NCBI GenBank assembly: GCA_964633595.1
Contig: CAZWGV010000002.1
Location: forward strand, 211-64,210
DNA from: an uncultured Coriobacteriaceae bacterium
Lineage (GTDB): Bacteria; Actinomycetota; Coriobacteriia; Anaerosomatales; CAZWGV01
Direction: 5' to 3'
DNA length: 64,000 bases
A program made the translations under genes and the position numbers. Within the stretch, counting starts at the first letter, position 1. Each line of letters starts with the position of its first letter. The notes under the pieces are model-generated. The model was not told the DNA's origin. It saw only the letters and a list, made by a program, of their open reading frames with translations, and did not search any database. This document shows, one piece after another, positions 17,577-27,009 of the stretch.

Positions 17577-17585
17577 TGCTATACT
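17577..17585 (+). promoter_or_regulatory. candidate extended -10 promoter TGCTATACT for the panB operon
   Basis: A TGnTATACT 9-mer lies 105 nt upstream of the panB ATG, in the folK-panB intergenic region. Confidence 0.4.
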
Positions 17586-17689
17586 GCTCACTCACCAGCA
17601 AGCAGCCCGTGCCGCAGGGAAGTCACCCCACGAGGGACCGCTGGGACCCCGGAGACGGGGCCTGGACGGCCAGAGGGAGGTAGCCCGCT

Positions 17690-18592
17690 ATGAGCACATC
17701 ACCTATGCCGGAACCCACCACGCCAGTAACCGTCACATCCCTTCGCGAGGCCAAGACCCAAGGCCGTCGGATCGTCATGGTCACGGCCTACGACACGCCC
17801 AGCGCCCGTCTCGTCGATGAGGCAGGCGTGGACATCGCCCTCGTTGGCGACTCGCTGGGAATGACCGTGCTCGGCCTGGGATCCACCCTGCCGGTGACCA
17901 TGGACGACATGGTGCGCCACACCGCCGCCGTTGCACGCGGTGCTCGGCGAGCGATGGTCGTGGCCGACATGCCGTTCCTGAGCTTCCAGGTCACCCCCGA
18001 GGACGCTCTGCGCAACGCCGGCCGGCTCGTGGCCGAGGGCGGTGCCGCCGCCGTCAAGGTGGAGGGCGGCGAGCGGATAGCCGGGACGGTAGCGCGGATC
18101 GTGGGCGCGGGCATCCCTGTCATGGGTCACGTGGGGCTCACGCCGCAGTCGGTACACCAGCTCGGAGGCTACAGAGTGCAGGCGAGGGGTGTCGCCGAGG
18201 CGCTGCGCCTGATCGCGGACTGCCGGGCGCTGGAAGAGGCCGGGGCCTTTGCGGTGGTGCTGGAGTGCATCCCCGCCGAACTGGCGGAGATCGTTACGGC
18301 CGAGATCGCTATACCCACGATCGGCATCGGCGCCGGGACCGGCTGTGACGGCGAGGTGCAGGTGCTGCACGACATACTCGGCATGTCCGAGAGGACGCCT
18401 CGGCACGCCAAGCGATACGCCGAGCTGGCCACGGCGACGGTGGAGGCGGTGCGCGCGTACGCTGAGGAGGTGCGCTCGGGCACCTTCCCGACAGACGCGC
18501 AGGCGACGCACATGGATCCCGAGGCGCTCGACGGTGTGCGCTCCGCCCGGACGCAGAGGCTGAGGAGCGTCTCCGGCGGGCAGGAGGGCTGA
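17690..18592 (+). CDS. panB: 3-methyl-2-oxobutanoate hydroxymethyltransferase
   Basis: Motifs MVTAYDTPSARLVDEAGVDIALVGDSLGMTVLG, AVKVEGG and VMGHVGLTPQS. Confidence 0.95.
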   Translation: MSTSPMPEPTTPVTVTSLREAKTQGRRIVMVTAYDTPSARLVDEAGVDIALVGDSLGMTVLGLGSTLPVTMDDMVRHTAAVARGARRAMVVADMPFLSFQVTPEDALRNAGRLVAEGGAAAVKVEGGERIAGTVARIVGAGIPVMGHVGLTPQSVHQLGGYRVQARGVAEALRLIADCRALEEAGAFAVVLECIPAELAEIVTAEIAIPTIGIGAGTGCDGEVQVLHDILGMSERTPRHAKRYAELATATVEAVRAYAEEVRSGTFPTDAQATHMDPEALDGVRSARTQRLRSVSGGQEG

Positions 18593-18598
18593 GCGCGG

Positions 18599-19465
18599 AT
18601 GGAGCGCGTCGACTCCAAGGAGGAGGTGCGAGGCGCGCTTGCGCCCGTGCGCCGCGAGGCGCGCACGATCGGCTTCGTACCCACCATGGGCGCGCTCCAC
18701 GAGGGCCATCTGTCGCTTGTGGCCGCAGCGCGCGCGAGGACCGACCACGTTGTGGTGTCGATCTTCGTGAATCCCACGCAGTTCGGGCCGAGCGAGGACT
18801 TCGAGTCCTACCCGCGCGACCTGAAGAGCGATCTAGATGTATTGGGCGCCGAGGGAGCGGACCTCGTCTTCACCCCTTCCGTCGCGGCGATGTACGCGCC
18901 CGACGCGCAGGTCACCGTGGATCCGGGGCCGCTCGCAGCGCGCTGGGAGGGTGCGAGCCGGCCTGGTCACTTCGCCGGAGTTGCCACCGTGGTGGCGAAG
19001 CTGCTTGGCGTCGTTCGCCCGGACGTGGCTTTCTTCGGCGAGAAGGACTACCAGCAGCTCAAGGTGGTGCAGCGCATGGCGCTCGACCTGGACCTCGGGA
19101 CGGAGATCGCCGCGTGCCCCACAGTGCGCGACTGCGACGGGATCGCCATCTCCAGCCGCAACGTCGCGCTCGCCTCTGCCGAGAGGCGGGCGGCCACGTC
19201 GCTCAGCCGCGGTCTGGCGGCGGCCGCTGCCGCCGCTGCCGCCGGCGAGAGTGATGCCGAGGCGCTGCGCCGGATGGTGGCCGAAACCGTGGAGGCTGAG
19301 CCGCTCGCCGCTCTCGACTACGCCGCCGTGGTGGACCCGGAAACACTGGAGCCGCTCACGGCCCTCACCGGCCCGGCGCGAGCTCTGGTGGCGGCGAGGG
19401 CGGGGGCTGTTCGGCTGATCGACAACGTCGCGCTGGAGCCCGCCGCCGGCGGGAGCGGCCGGTGA
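18599..19465 (+). CDS. panC: pantoate-beta-alanine ligase
   Basis: Motifs [30 protein letters not shown] and FGEKDYQQ. Confidence 0.95.
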   Translation: MERVDSKEEVRGALAPVRREARTIGFVPTMGALHEGHLSLVAAARARTDHVVVSIFVNPTQFGPSEDFESYPRDLKSDLDVLGAEGADLVFTPSVAAMYAPDAQVTVDPGPLAARWEGASRPGHFAGVATVVAKLLGVVRPDVAFFGEKDYQQLKVVQRMALDLDLGTEIAACPTVRDCDGIAISSRNVALASAERRAATSLSRGLAAAAAAAAAGESDAEALRRMVAETVEAEPLAALDYAAVVDPETLEPLTALTGPARALVAARAGAVRLIDNVALEPAAGGSGR

Positions 19466-20376
19466 TCGACTACTCCGCCCTGCAGTCGGAGGTGCGGCAG
19501 CTCGCCCGCGAGCGCGGCGCGGTCCTCCTCGCGCACAACTACCAGCGGCCCGAGGTGCAAGACGTCGCGGACTTCGTTGGGGACTCGCTCGGCCTGTCCC
19601 GCGAGGCGGCGTCCACCGACGCAAACATCATCGTCTTCGCCGGCGTCCACTTCATGGCCGAGACCGCCAAGATCCTCTCGCCCGACAAGACGGTGCTCAT
19701 GCCCGAGCCCGGCGCCGGTTGTCCCATGGCCGACATGATGAGCGCGGCTGACGTCGTGGGTTGGCGAGCCCGCCACCGCGGGGTCCCCCTTGTGACGTAC
19801 GTGAACTCGACGGCTGCGGTAAAAGCGGTGACCGACATCTGCTGCACCTCGGCCAACGCGGTGCAGGTGGTGCGCTCGCTGGGCGAGCCCGAGGTGCTGT
19901 TCGGACCCGACAAGAACCTCGCGGCCTGGGTCTCCTCCAAGCTCCCCGATGTCTCCATCATCGCCTGGGAAGGCTGGTGCCCAACGCACGACGAGGTGAC
20001 CCGGGAGCAACTCGAAGCGGCCATCGCCGAGCACCCCGATGCCGTTGTCGTGGCGCACCCCGAGTGCCGCCCCGAAGTGCTCGAACTCGCCGACGAGGTG
20101 CTGTCCACCAGCCAGATGCTGCGGTACGCGGAGGCCTCGGACGCTGCAGACATACTGGTCGTGACAGAGGCGGGGCTGCTGCACGGGCTGGCGAAGGTGG
20201 CGCCCCAGAAGCGCCTTCATCACCTTCGGCCGGCCATGCTGTGTCCCAACATGAAGGTCACCACCCTGGAGAAGGTCAGGGACAGCCTGGCCGAGATGCA
20301 CACCGCGATCGAAGTGCCCGAGCCCGTGCTGAGCGAGGCACGTGGCGCGGTCGAGCGCATGATCGCGGTGGCGTGA
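19462..20376 (+). CDS. nadA: quinolinate synthase
   Basis: Motifs [25 protein letters not shown] and [11 protein letters not shown]. Its start overlaps the panC stop (GTGA). Confidence 0.93.
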   Translation: MIDYSALQSEVRQLARERGAVLLAHNYQRPEVQDVADFVGDSLGLSREAASTDANIIVFAGVHFMAETAKILSPDKTVLMPEPGAGCPMADMMSAADVVGWRARHRGVPLVTYVNSTAAVKAVTDICCTSANAVQVVRSLGEPEVLFGPDKNLAAWVSSKLPDVSIIAWEGWCPTHDEVTREQLEAAIAEHPDAVVVAHPECRPEVLELADEVLSTSQMLRYAEASDAADILVVTEAGLLHGLAKVAPQKRLHHLRPAMLCPNMKVTTLEKVRDSLAEMHTAIEVPEPVLSEARGAVERMIAVA

Positions 20377-20377
20377 G

Positions 20378-22174
20378 ATGACTCACCCGGCGGAGCACGA
20401 CACCACGAGAGAACGCCGCAGTGGCCTTCCGGAGCGGCCGGTGCTCACGGATGCGGCTAGACTGCCGGACGTGTTCGGCAGGCGGTATCTGCTGGAGTTC
20501 GACACGGAGGCGATCCCTCGGCACCACAGCGATGTGCTGGTGATCGGCTCGGGCATTGCCGGGCTCACCACAGCCCTGGCGGCCTCCCGCTCCCGGACCG
20601 TTTCCCTCGTCACCAAGGGCACCCTGTCCGAGGCGGGCACGTGGTACGCGCAGGGAGGCATAGCGGGGGCGGTGGGTGAGACCGACTCGGTGGAGCTCCA
20701 CCTCGCCGACACGCTGCTCGTGGGGCAGGGTCTTTGCGAGGAGTCCGTAGTGCGAGCGGTGGTGGGTGAAGCCGCCGACGCGCTTCGAGAGATCGCTGAG
20801 CTAGGCGTGCGATTCGACCGCGAGGCCAGCGGGGAGGTCGCGCTCGCTCGCGAGGGAGGGCACAGCCTGCCGAGGGTGCTGCACACCGGCGACTCCACGG
20901 GCGCCGCTGTGCAGGAGACGCTCACAGGCCTGGTCCGCCGGCGGGGGAAGGTCTCGCTGCACGAATCCCGATTCCTGGTCGACCTCCTCACAGCCGGTGA
21001 TCGCTGCGTGGGCGCGCTCGTGATGGACACCGGATCGCGATCGCTCGAGGCCTTCTGGGCGGATGCGGTGGTGCTCGCCACGGGCGGGTGCGGTCACGCG
21101 TACAGGGTTACTACGAACCCCGCTCTCTCCACCGGCGACGGGGTGGCCGCGGCCTGGAGGGCGGGCGCTGACATCGCGGACATGGAGTTCGTGCAGTTCC
21201 ACCCCACCGCGCTGGACAGCGGCGCGAACCCCAGGTTCCTCATCACGGAGGCCCTGCGCGGCGAGGGGGCATACCTGCTCGACTGCGACGAGCGCCGCTT
21301 CATGCCCGACGTGCACGAGCTAGCTGAGCTAGCACCGCGCGACGTCGTGAGCAGGGCGATCGAGCGCGTGATGGCGCGCTGCGGCCGCCCCAATGTGTGG
21401 CTGGACGCCAGGCACCTGGACGCGGAGCATCTGCGGCGCCGGTTCCCGACAGCCTGGGAGCGCTGCGCCTCGGCGGGATTCGACCTCTCTGTCGACCTCG
21501 TACCAGTGGCTCCGGCCGCGCACTACATGATCGGGGGCGTGCGGGTAGACATCGACGGTCGCTCGTCGCTCCCAGGCCTGTACGCCGCCGGCGAAGTGAC
21601 CGCGTCGGGACTGCACGGAGCCAACCGCCTCGCCTCCAACTCGCTCCTCGAGGGCCTGGTGTTCTCTCGGCGGATCGTCCGAGCCCTCGAGCATGACCGC
21701 GGCACCACGCCACCGCTGAGGGTCGTGTCGTCGCCGTGGGATTCGGCTGCCGCCTTCAACCAGCCACTCGCTCGCGAGACGGTGCAGGGCGTCATGAGCA
21801 CCTTCGTGGGGATGACGCGCTCCGACGGCGGACTCGCCGAGGCGGCCTCGCTGCTGCAGGAGATGAGTGCGATCCTGGGCGTCACCTTCCATCGTGCCGA
21901 GGAGATAGAGCTGCAGAACCTGGTCACAGCCGCCACGCTGGTGACGCACGCGGCGTGGTTGCGCGAGGAGAGCCGCGGCGCTCACCACCGGGCAGACCAC
22001 CCCGGCCGGGACGACGAGCTTTGGCTGAGCCACCTTGTGTGGCATCGAGGTTCGATGCCCGAGACGGTCCCGGTGGGCGGACTCGGCGACATCGCGGCCG
22101 CTGGGGCGTCCGTGCTCGACGACAGCTCCAGTGGCGAGGTGGCGCGCCCATCGGCGCCGACAGGCGGGGTCTAG
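20378..22174 (+). CDS. nadB: L-aspartate oxidase
   Basis: FAD-binding motif DVLVIGSGIAGLTTA, plus WYAQGGIA, FHPT and RGEG. It would carry a ~50-aa N-terminal extension if ATG 20378 (1 nt after the nadA stop) is used. Confidence 0.92.
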   Translation: MTHPAEHDTTRERRSGLPERPVLTDAARLPDVFGRRYLLEFDTEAIPRHHSDVLVIGSGIAGLTTALAASRSRTVSLVTKGTLSEAGTWYAQGGIAGAVGETDSVELHLADTLLVGQGLCEESVVRAVVGEAADALREIAELGVRFDREASGEVALAREGGHSLPRVLHTGDSTGAAVQETLTGLVRRRGKVSLHESRFLVDLLTAGDRCVGALVMDTGSRSLEAFWADAVVLATGGCGHAYRVTTNPALSTGDGVAAAWRAGADIADMEFVQFHPTALDSGANPRFLITEALRGEGAYLLDCDERRFMPDVHELAELAPRDVVSRAIERVMARCGRPNVWLDARHLDAEHLRRRFPTAWERCASAGFDLSVDLVPVAPAAHYMIGGVRVDIDGRSSLPGLYAAGEVTASGLHGANRLASNSLLEGLVFSRRIVRALEHDRGTTPPLRVVSSPWDSAAAFNQPLARETVQGVMSTFVGMTRSDGGLAEAASLLQEMSAILGVTFHRAEEIELQNLVTAATLVTHAAWLREESRGAHHRADHPGRDDELWLSHLVWHRGSMPETVPVGGLGDIAAAGASVLDDSSSGEVARPSAPTGGV

Positions 22175-22180
22175 CGGGCG

Positions 22181-23125
22181 ATGTTCGAGCTTCCCAACAC
22201 CGACGACGTTATCGCGCGCGCGCTCGCGGAGGACCTGGGCGTCTCGCCACGCCGCCTGCTCGATCACTCGGCCGACCCCCAGGATCTGCTGGCTCGCGAT
22301 GTGACCTCGGCGGCGGTACTCCCCGCAGGCGCTCGCTTCGAGGGCGTGGTGGTCGCGCGCGAGGCATGCGTGGTCTGCGGCCTCCCGGTGGCGGCGCGCG
22401 TCTGGGCGATGCTGGCGCAGGCTGCGGATGCAAAAGAGGCCGTGGACGTCTTCCCGACAGTGGCCGAAGGCTCCGCGGTGGAAGCGGGCACGGTTGTCGC
22501 CGAGGTAGAGGGCCCCGCGGCGCTCGTGCTGGTCGGCGAGCGAACGGCACTCGACTTCATGGCGGTGCTCTCGGGCATCGCCACCGAGGCCCGACGGTGG
22601 CAGGAGGAGGCCGGAGAAGGGCTCGCGGTGTGTGACACCCGCAAGACGGTGCCGGGACTTCGTGCGCTCTCCAAGTACGCGGTGCGCGTGGGCGGGGCCG
22701 AAAACCATCGATCGGGTCTATGGGATATGGTGCTGGTGAAGGACAACCACGTGCGGCAAGCCGGCGGGCTGCTCGCTGCGGTGCGGGCGGCTGTCGAGGT
22801 CGCTGAGGATGCGGGACTTCTGGTCGAGGCCGAGGTTGAGAGCGCCGAGCAGGCCGTCGAGGCGGCCTTCGCCGGGGCCGACATCGTTCTGATCGACAAC
22901 GCAAGTGACGATGTGGTGGCCGAGACGGTCGCCGCCGTGAAGGAAGCGTGCGCCGAGAGTGGCGCGACATGTCTGGTGGAGGTGTCTGGCGGAGTGACGT
23001 TCGAGCGTCTCGGCGCGATCGCTGCGGCGGGGGCTGACAGGGTCTCCGCGAGCGGGCTCACGCTAGCCCCACCTTGCGACTTCGGCCTGGACGAGAAGCG
23101 GGCGAGCGGGGGGACGGGCGAGTGA
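22181..23125 (+). CDS. nadC: nicotinate-nucleotide pyrophosphorylase (carboxylating)
   Basis: Motifs CDTRKTVPGLRALSKYAVRVGGAENHRSGLWDMVLVKDNH and VEVSGGV. Confidence 0.95.
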   Translation: MFELPNTDDVIARALAEDLGVSPRRLLDHSADPQDLLARDVTSAAVLPAGARFEGVVVAREACVVCGLPVAARVWAMLAQAADAKEAVDVFPTVAEGSAVEAGTVVAEVEGPAALVLVGERTALDFMAVLSGIATEARRWQEEAGEGLAVCDTRKTVPGLRALSKYAVRVGGAENHRSGLWDMVLVKDNHVRQAGGLLAAVRAAVEVAEDAGLLVEAEVESAEQAVEAAFAGADIVLIDNASDDVVAETVAAVKEACAESGATCLVEVSGGVTFERLGAIAAAGADRVSASGLTLAPPCDFGLDEKRASGGTGE

Positions 23126-23883
23126 GTGGCCCGGTCACCGGTCTAGCGCCGCTAGACTGGATCCTCGGCCTGCTCGATACGTTCGGCTACCCCATCGTGC
23201 TGGTGGCAACAGCGCTGGAGAACGTGTTCGTGGTGGGATCCTTCACCCCTGGCGAGACCATCGTGTTGGCTACAGCGTTCACCGCCGCCAACGATCACCT
23301 GGAAGTCATACTCGTGTGGTTTCTTAGCATTCTCGGCACGGTCATCGGCAGCAACATCAGCTTCTTCTTGGGCGTTAGAGGCGGGCGCGGAGCGGTGGAG
23401 CGCTATGGGCACCGCTTTCACATCAGTGACGCACGTATCGCCGCCGCCGAGGAGTACTTTCAGCGGCACGGCGCCAAGACGGTGCTCATCGCCCGGTTTG
23501 CGGCTGGGGTGAAGAACTTCGTTCCCATGCTGGCCGGTGTCTCCAAGATGTCCGTGGCGCTCTTCGAGTTCTATACGGTCTTGGGAGCGCTCGTCTACAC
23601 CACGGTGCTGGTGAGCGTGGGGTGGTTCTTCGGCGAGAACTTCGACGCGGCGCTTGAAGCCTTGCGCGACATAGGGTTCGGGGCGCTGGTGCTGCTCGCG
23701 GTTGGGGCGGGCTTGGCCTTCTGGGGCAGGTGGCGTCGCAAGCAGCGCGACCGGGAGCTGGCCGAGGCGCACGACGAGGGCGATGTGGCGGGTGGTGCCG
23801 AGGGCCACGACGAGGGCGATGTGGCGGGTGGTGCCGAGGGCCACGACGAGGGCGATTCGGGTGGCTCGGGTCTCGGTTCGTAG
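23122..23883 (+). CDS. dedA: DedA-family membrane protein with repeat-containing acidic tail
   Basis: Motifs GYPIVLVATALENVFVVGSFTPGETIVL and RFAAGVKNFVPMLAGVS. GTG 23122 overlaps the nadC stop (GTGA). The C-terminal tail reads HDEGDVAGGAEG x2.5. Confidence 0.85.
   Translation: MSGPVTGLAPLDWILGLLDTFGYPIVLVATALENVFVVGSFTPGETIVLATAFTAANDHLEVILVWFLSILGTVIGSNISFFLGVRGGRGAVERYGHRFHISDARIAAAEEYFQRHGAKTVLIARFAAGVKNFVPMLAGVSKMSVALFEFYTVLGALVYTTVLVSVGWFFGENFDAALEALRDIGFGALVLLAVGAGLAFWGRWRRKQRDRELAEAHDEGDVAGGAEGHDEGDVAGGAEGHDEGDSGGSGLGS
23770..23858 (+). repeat. 36-bp in-frame tandem repeat (2.5 copies) at the dedA 3' end
   Basis: The unit CACGACGAGGGCGATGTGGCGGGTGGTGCCGAGGGC sits at 23770-23805 and 23806-23841, with a partial third copy running to 23858. 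Confidence 0.9.
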
Positions 23884-24898
23884 ACACACCATCCTCGCGG
23901 CGCTACGGGAGGCCGGGGCCGGGGGGGTCTCTGGCGAGACGGTCGCGTGCGAACTCGGGGTGAGCAGGACCGCCGTCGCCAAGCACGTGAACTCCCTGCG
24001 GGAACTCGGCTACGAGATCGAGGCTGTTCCGGGGTGGGGCTACCGTCTCCTCAGCACTCCTGACTTGCCGATCCCCGAGGAGGTCTTGCCTCGCCTGCAC
24101 CCCGGCTTCTGGACACACCTCGAGGGCGGCGGGATCTCGGTGTCCACCAACGACGAGTGCAAGGATCTGGCGCGCCGCGGCGCTCCCGAGGGGACGGCGG
24201 TGCTCGCGAGTTCACAGACCGGCGGGCGCGGCCGTCTGGGTCGGCGGTGGAGTTCGCCCCAAGGGGGCGTCTACGTGTCGGCCATCCTCCGGCCCGCGCT
24301 TGCGCCGGGCGACATTCCTCCGCTCGCCCTGGTGGTCTCCTTGGGGGTGGCCAGGGGGCTCGCGCACCTCGGAGTCCCGGCCCGGCTGAAGTGGCCCAAC
24401 GATGTGGTTTCCGCCGATCCGCCCTGGCCCAAGCTCGCGGGAGTTCTCCTCGAGACAGCCGCCGAGGCGGACAGGGTGGAGTGGGTCGTGGCGGGGGTGG
24501 GCGTCAACGTGCGCCCTTCGGGGCGGCGATTCGCCGGAGCGGCCTACGCCGAGGATGTCGCGGGCGGCCGTGTCGCCCTGGCCGAGGTGGCGGCAGCGGT
24601 ACTCGACGGCCTCGCCGGCGCCTACTCGGAGTTCGTCGCGGGGGGATTCAGTCCCCTGCGTGAGGAGTACGAGTCCCTGCTGGTTCTCGTGGGCGGCGAC
24701 GTCACCGTGTCGGACGCGACGGGTCGCGTTGTGGCCGAGGGTCGTGTTGAGGGCGTCGACGATCAGGGCAGGCTTCTCCTCGACGGCCCTGCCGGTCGCG
24801 TGGGGGCGGTTGCGGGCGAGGTAACACTGCGCCGAGAGGCGGATCCGCGCCGTGAAGCCCACCAGCGCCGAGAGGCGGACCCGGACGGCCCCCGATGA
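23861..24898 (+). CDS. birA: bifunctional biotin operon repressor / biotin-protein ligase BirA
   Basis: N-terminal wHTH ILAALREAGAGGVSGETVACELGVSRTAVAKHVNSLRELGYEIEAVPGWGYRL and ligase signature GGRGRLGRRWSSPQGG. The start is uncertain; GTG 23861 is the first plausible one after the dedA repeats. Confidence 0.9.
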   Translation: MARVSVRRHTILAALREAGAGGVSGETVACELGVSRTAVAKHVNSLRELGYEIEAVPGWGYRLLSTPDLPIPEEVLPRLHPGFWTHLEGGGISVSTNDECKDLARRGAPEGTAVLASSQTGGRGRLGRRWSSPQGGVYVSAILRPALAPGDIPPLALVVSLGVARGLAHLGVPARLKWPNDVVSADPPWPKLAGVLLETAAEADRVEWVVAGVGVNVRPSGRRFAGAAYAEDVAGGRVALAEVAAAVLDGLAGAYSEFVAGGFSPLREEYESLLVLVGGDVTVSDATGRVVAEGRVEGVDDQGRLLLDGPAGRVGAVAGEVTLRREADPRREAHQRREADPDGPR

Positions 24899-27009
24899 TC
24901 CCCGACCTGTCCCCTAAGGGTCTTGGCAGGATCTTCGACGACGCGCTCGCGCTGTACCGGGCCAACGCCGTGCCCATCCTGGCCGTCGCCGCGATCGTGG
25001 TCTTCCCGCTTGCGCTAGCCAACGGCATCGCGCAGTCCTTCTACACACGCGGTCTGCTCGCGCTGCTCCCGGTCATCAGTGGCGGCGAGATCCCATCTGC
25101 CGAGCTCGGCAGGCTGCAGGCGTTCTCGGCAGCGGGCAACGCGGTGATCCCCTTCTACCTGGCAGGTCGGCTATTTTTGGCGGTGTGTCTCTATGTGTCC
25201 GCGCCCGCGCTGCTCTACGGCGTGCGCGTCGGGAGGCGAGATCTGGTGCGAGGTGGGTGGTCCCGCGCACTGCCTGTACTCGGCGTGTACGCAGCCTACG
25301 TGGCCGGTGCCGGGATGCTTGCCATCGTGGGTGCCCTTGTGACCTTCTTCCTTCTCGGGCTGCCCGGCCTCATCTTCGCGGGCTACGTGGCGTTGCGGTT
25401 CGCCCTGGCGCCGGTGGTGTCCGCGGCCGAAGGGGCTGGCTTCGAGCGCTCCTTCAGGCGTTCCTGGGAACTCACCGCCGGACGCGTCCGGCGCACGCTA
25501 GGCTTCGTACTTCTTCTGGGCCTCCTGTCTTCGTTGTTGCAGGCTGCGGTGGGGTCGCTGGGAGCGATCCGCCAACTCGTAGAGAGCGTGCAAAGACCCG
25601 AGGCCGTCTTCGAGCAGTTGTCGGTCGGTTGGAAGGTTGCCGAGGGGCTGCTGTCCGCCGCCTCGATCACGGTAGTGCTGCCGTTCGTCTTCTTGTCCTG
25701 GTACGTGTTCTACGTTGATCTCCGAGCGCGCCGAGAGGGGATGGACCTGCTCGTGCGAGCACAGGCGCTGGCGTCGCCCGAGGATGCTATGGGTGGACCG
25801 CCGAAGGAGCGCCAGCGAACCACGCTGGGCTCCGGCGCCGTGACGCTGGCGCTTGTGGCGGCGCTGACGCTGTGCGCCGCAACGTTCGCCCGTCCGGCGG
25901 CCGCCAGTCCAGCGCTCGCAAGCCCCGCGCTCGCCGAAGAGCAGCCTTCTTCGCTGGCCGACTACCGGTCACGGGTGACGGAAGCCTCGCTCTTGATGGA
26001 GGAACGGCGATCGGATATCGCCGACGAGATCGCGGCCCTGGAGGTTGCCACAGGAGTGGGCGCGCTGCTGCCCGCCTCTGAGGAGATCCGCCTGGGCGAT
26101 GTCGTTGTAGAGGTGGACAACAGCGTTCTCAACAGCTTGGTCGTTCGACTGGACTCGGCGGACAGCGAGCTCGAACGCGAGAGGGCGGCGGACGACATCG
26201 CTCTTCATCTCTCCTCGCTCGCGCGGTCTCTGGATCCCGCAGCAGGGTCGCGGGTGCCCCAGGACCCACAGGCGCTGCGCGAATTGCTCGAGCGCCATCG
26301 CGTTGCGGGGCGGTCGGCCTTCTCCGACTGGTTCGGCCAGCTCGTAGAGCGCGCGCAGGAGTGGCTCTCCGACCGCTTGCGGGGAGTTTCGATCGCCGGC
26401 ATGCCACCAGGAGTCACCACTGCGGTGATCGTGGTCCTGGTGTCCATCCTCGCGGCAGCGCTCGCCTGGGTGGCAACCATCGCTATCCGGGCAGGGAGGG
26501 GGGCTTTCGCGCGCGACGAGGGTACCTCGCCACTCGTGCCCCCGCCGCCCGTTCCCACACAGCCCGAGGATGAGCCTGCCGACCCGCTGTCGGCGGCCGA
26601 CGCGCTCGCTCGCTCGGGTCGGCATCGCGAAGCGGTCCGTGTGCTGTTCAAGGGGGCGGTGCGCTTCCTCGCCTCGCGGGGTGCGATAGCTGACGCTAGG
26701 GCGCGGACCACGAGCGAGCTGGTTGCCGAGGTGAAGTCCCGCGCACCTGTCTCGGCGCGGCCGATCGCGGATCTTGCGGGCGGATTCGAAGTGGCCTGGT
26801 ACGGTCACGTCGATCCTGAACCCGAAGGCTACGCCTTCGCCCGAGCGGCCTTCGAGGCGCTCGCCCCCGCAGGTGGCGCCCTCGCCGCGAGCGACCACCC
26901 CGCCGACGACCTCTCGGCGAGCGACCCCCCCTCCGGCGACCCCTCCGCCAGCGACCCCTCGGCCAGCCATCCCGCCGGGGAGTCCCGCGGTCCGCGGAGC
27001 TCGCGATGA
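24895..27009 (+). CDS. polytopic membrane protein with C-terminal DUF4129 domain
   Basis: The ~290-aa multi-TM N-terminus resembles the GDPD-membrane-domain type. A helical middle region, a TM segment (VTTAVIVVLVSILAAALAWVATIAI) and a DUF4129-like segment (ADALARSGRHREAVRVLFKGAVRFL...FEVAWYGH) follow. ATGA overlap with birA. Confidence 0.75.
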   Translation: MIPDLSPKGLGRIFDDALALYRANAVPILAVAAIVVFPLALANGIAQSFYTRGLLALLPVISGGEIPSAELGRLQAFSAAGNAVIPFYLAGRLFLAVCLYVSAPALLYGVRVGRRDLVRGGWSRALPVLGVYAAYVAGAGMLAIVGALVTFFLLGLPGLIFAGYVALRFALAPVVSAAEGAGFERSFRRSWELTAGRVRRTLGFVLLLGLLSSLLQAAVGSLGAIRQLVESVQRPEAVFEQLSVGWKVAEGLLSAASITVVLPFVFLSWYVFYVDLRARREGMDLLVRAQALASPEDAMGGPPKERQRTTLGSGAVTLALVAALTLCAATFARPAAASPALASPALAEEQPSSLADYRSRVTEASLLMEERRSDIADEIAALEVATGVGALLPASEEIRLGDVVVEVDNSVLNSLVVRLDSADSELERERAADDIALHLSSLARSLDPAAGSRVPQDPQALRELLERHRVAGRSAFSDWFGQLVERAQEWLSDRLRGVSIAGMPPGVTTAVIVVLVSILAAALAWVATIAIRAGRGAFARDEGTSPLVPPPPVPTQPEDEPADPLSAADALARSGRHREAVRVLFKGAVRFLASRGAIADARARTTSELVAEVKSRAPVSARPIADLAGGFEVAWYGHVDPEPEGYAFARAAFEALAPAGGALAASDHPADDLSASDPPSGDPSASDPSASHPAGESRGPRSSR

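Noticed and set aside
17586-17689. The leader upstream of panB-nadABC as an NAD+ (nadA-motif) riboswitch.
   Set aside because: I could not align it to the tandem-domain consensus as I remember it, and the element sits before panB rather than nadA. It is kept only as an unclassified structured leader in the findings.
21329-22708. A 459-aa - strand ORF. Many similar 100-400-aa ORFs overlap known genes throughout the window (for example 4067-5059, 12122-13123, 19318-20301, 25969-27129, 49679-50899, 51394-52542).
   Set aside because: All overlap motif-supported + strand genes in antisense or alternative frames and show no domain signatures. They are GC-driven artefacts.
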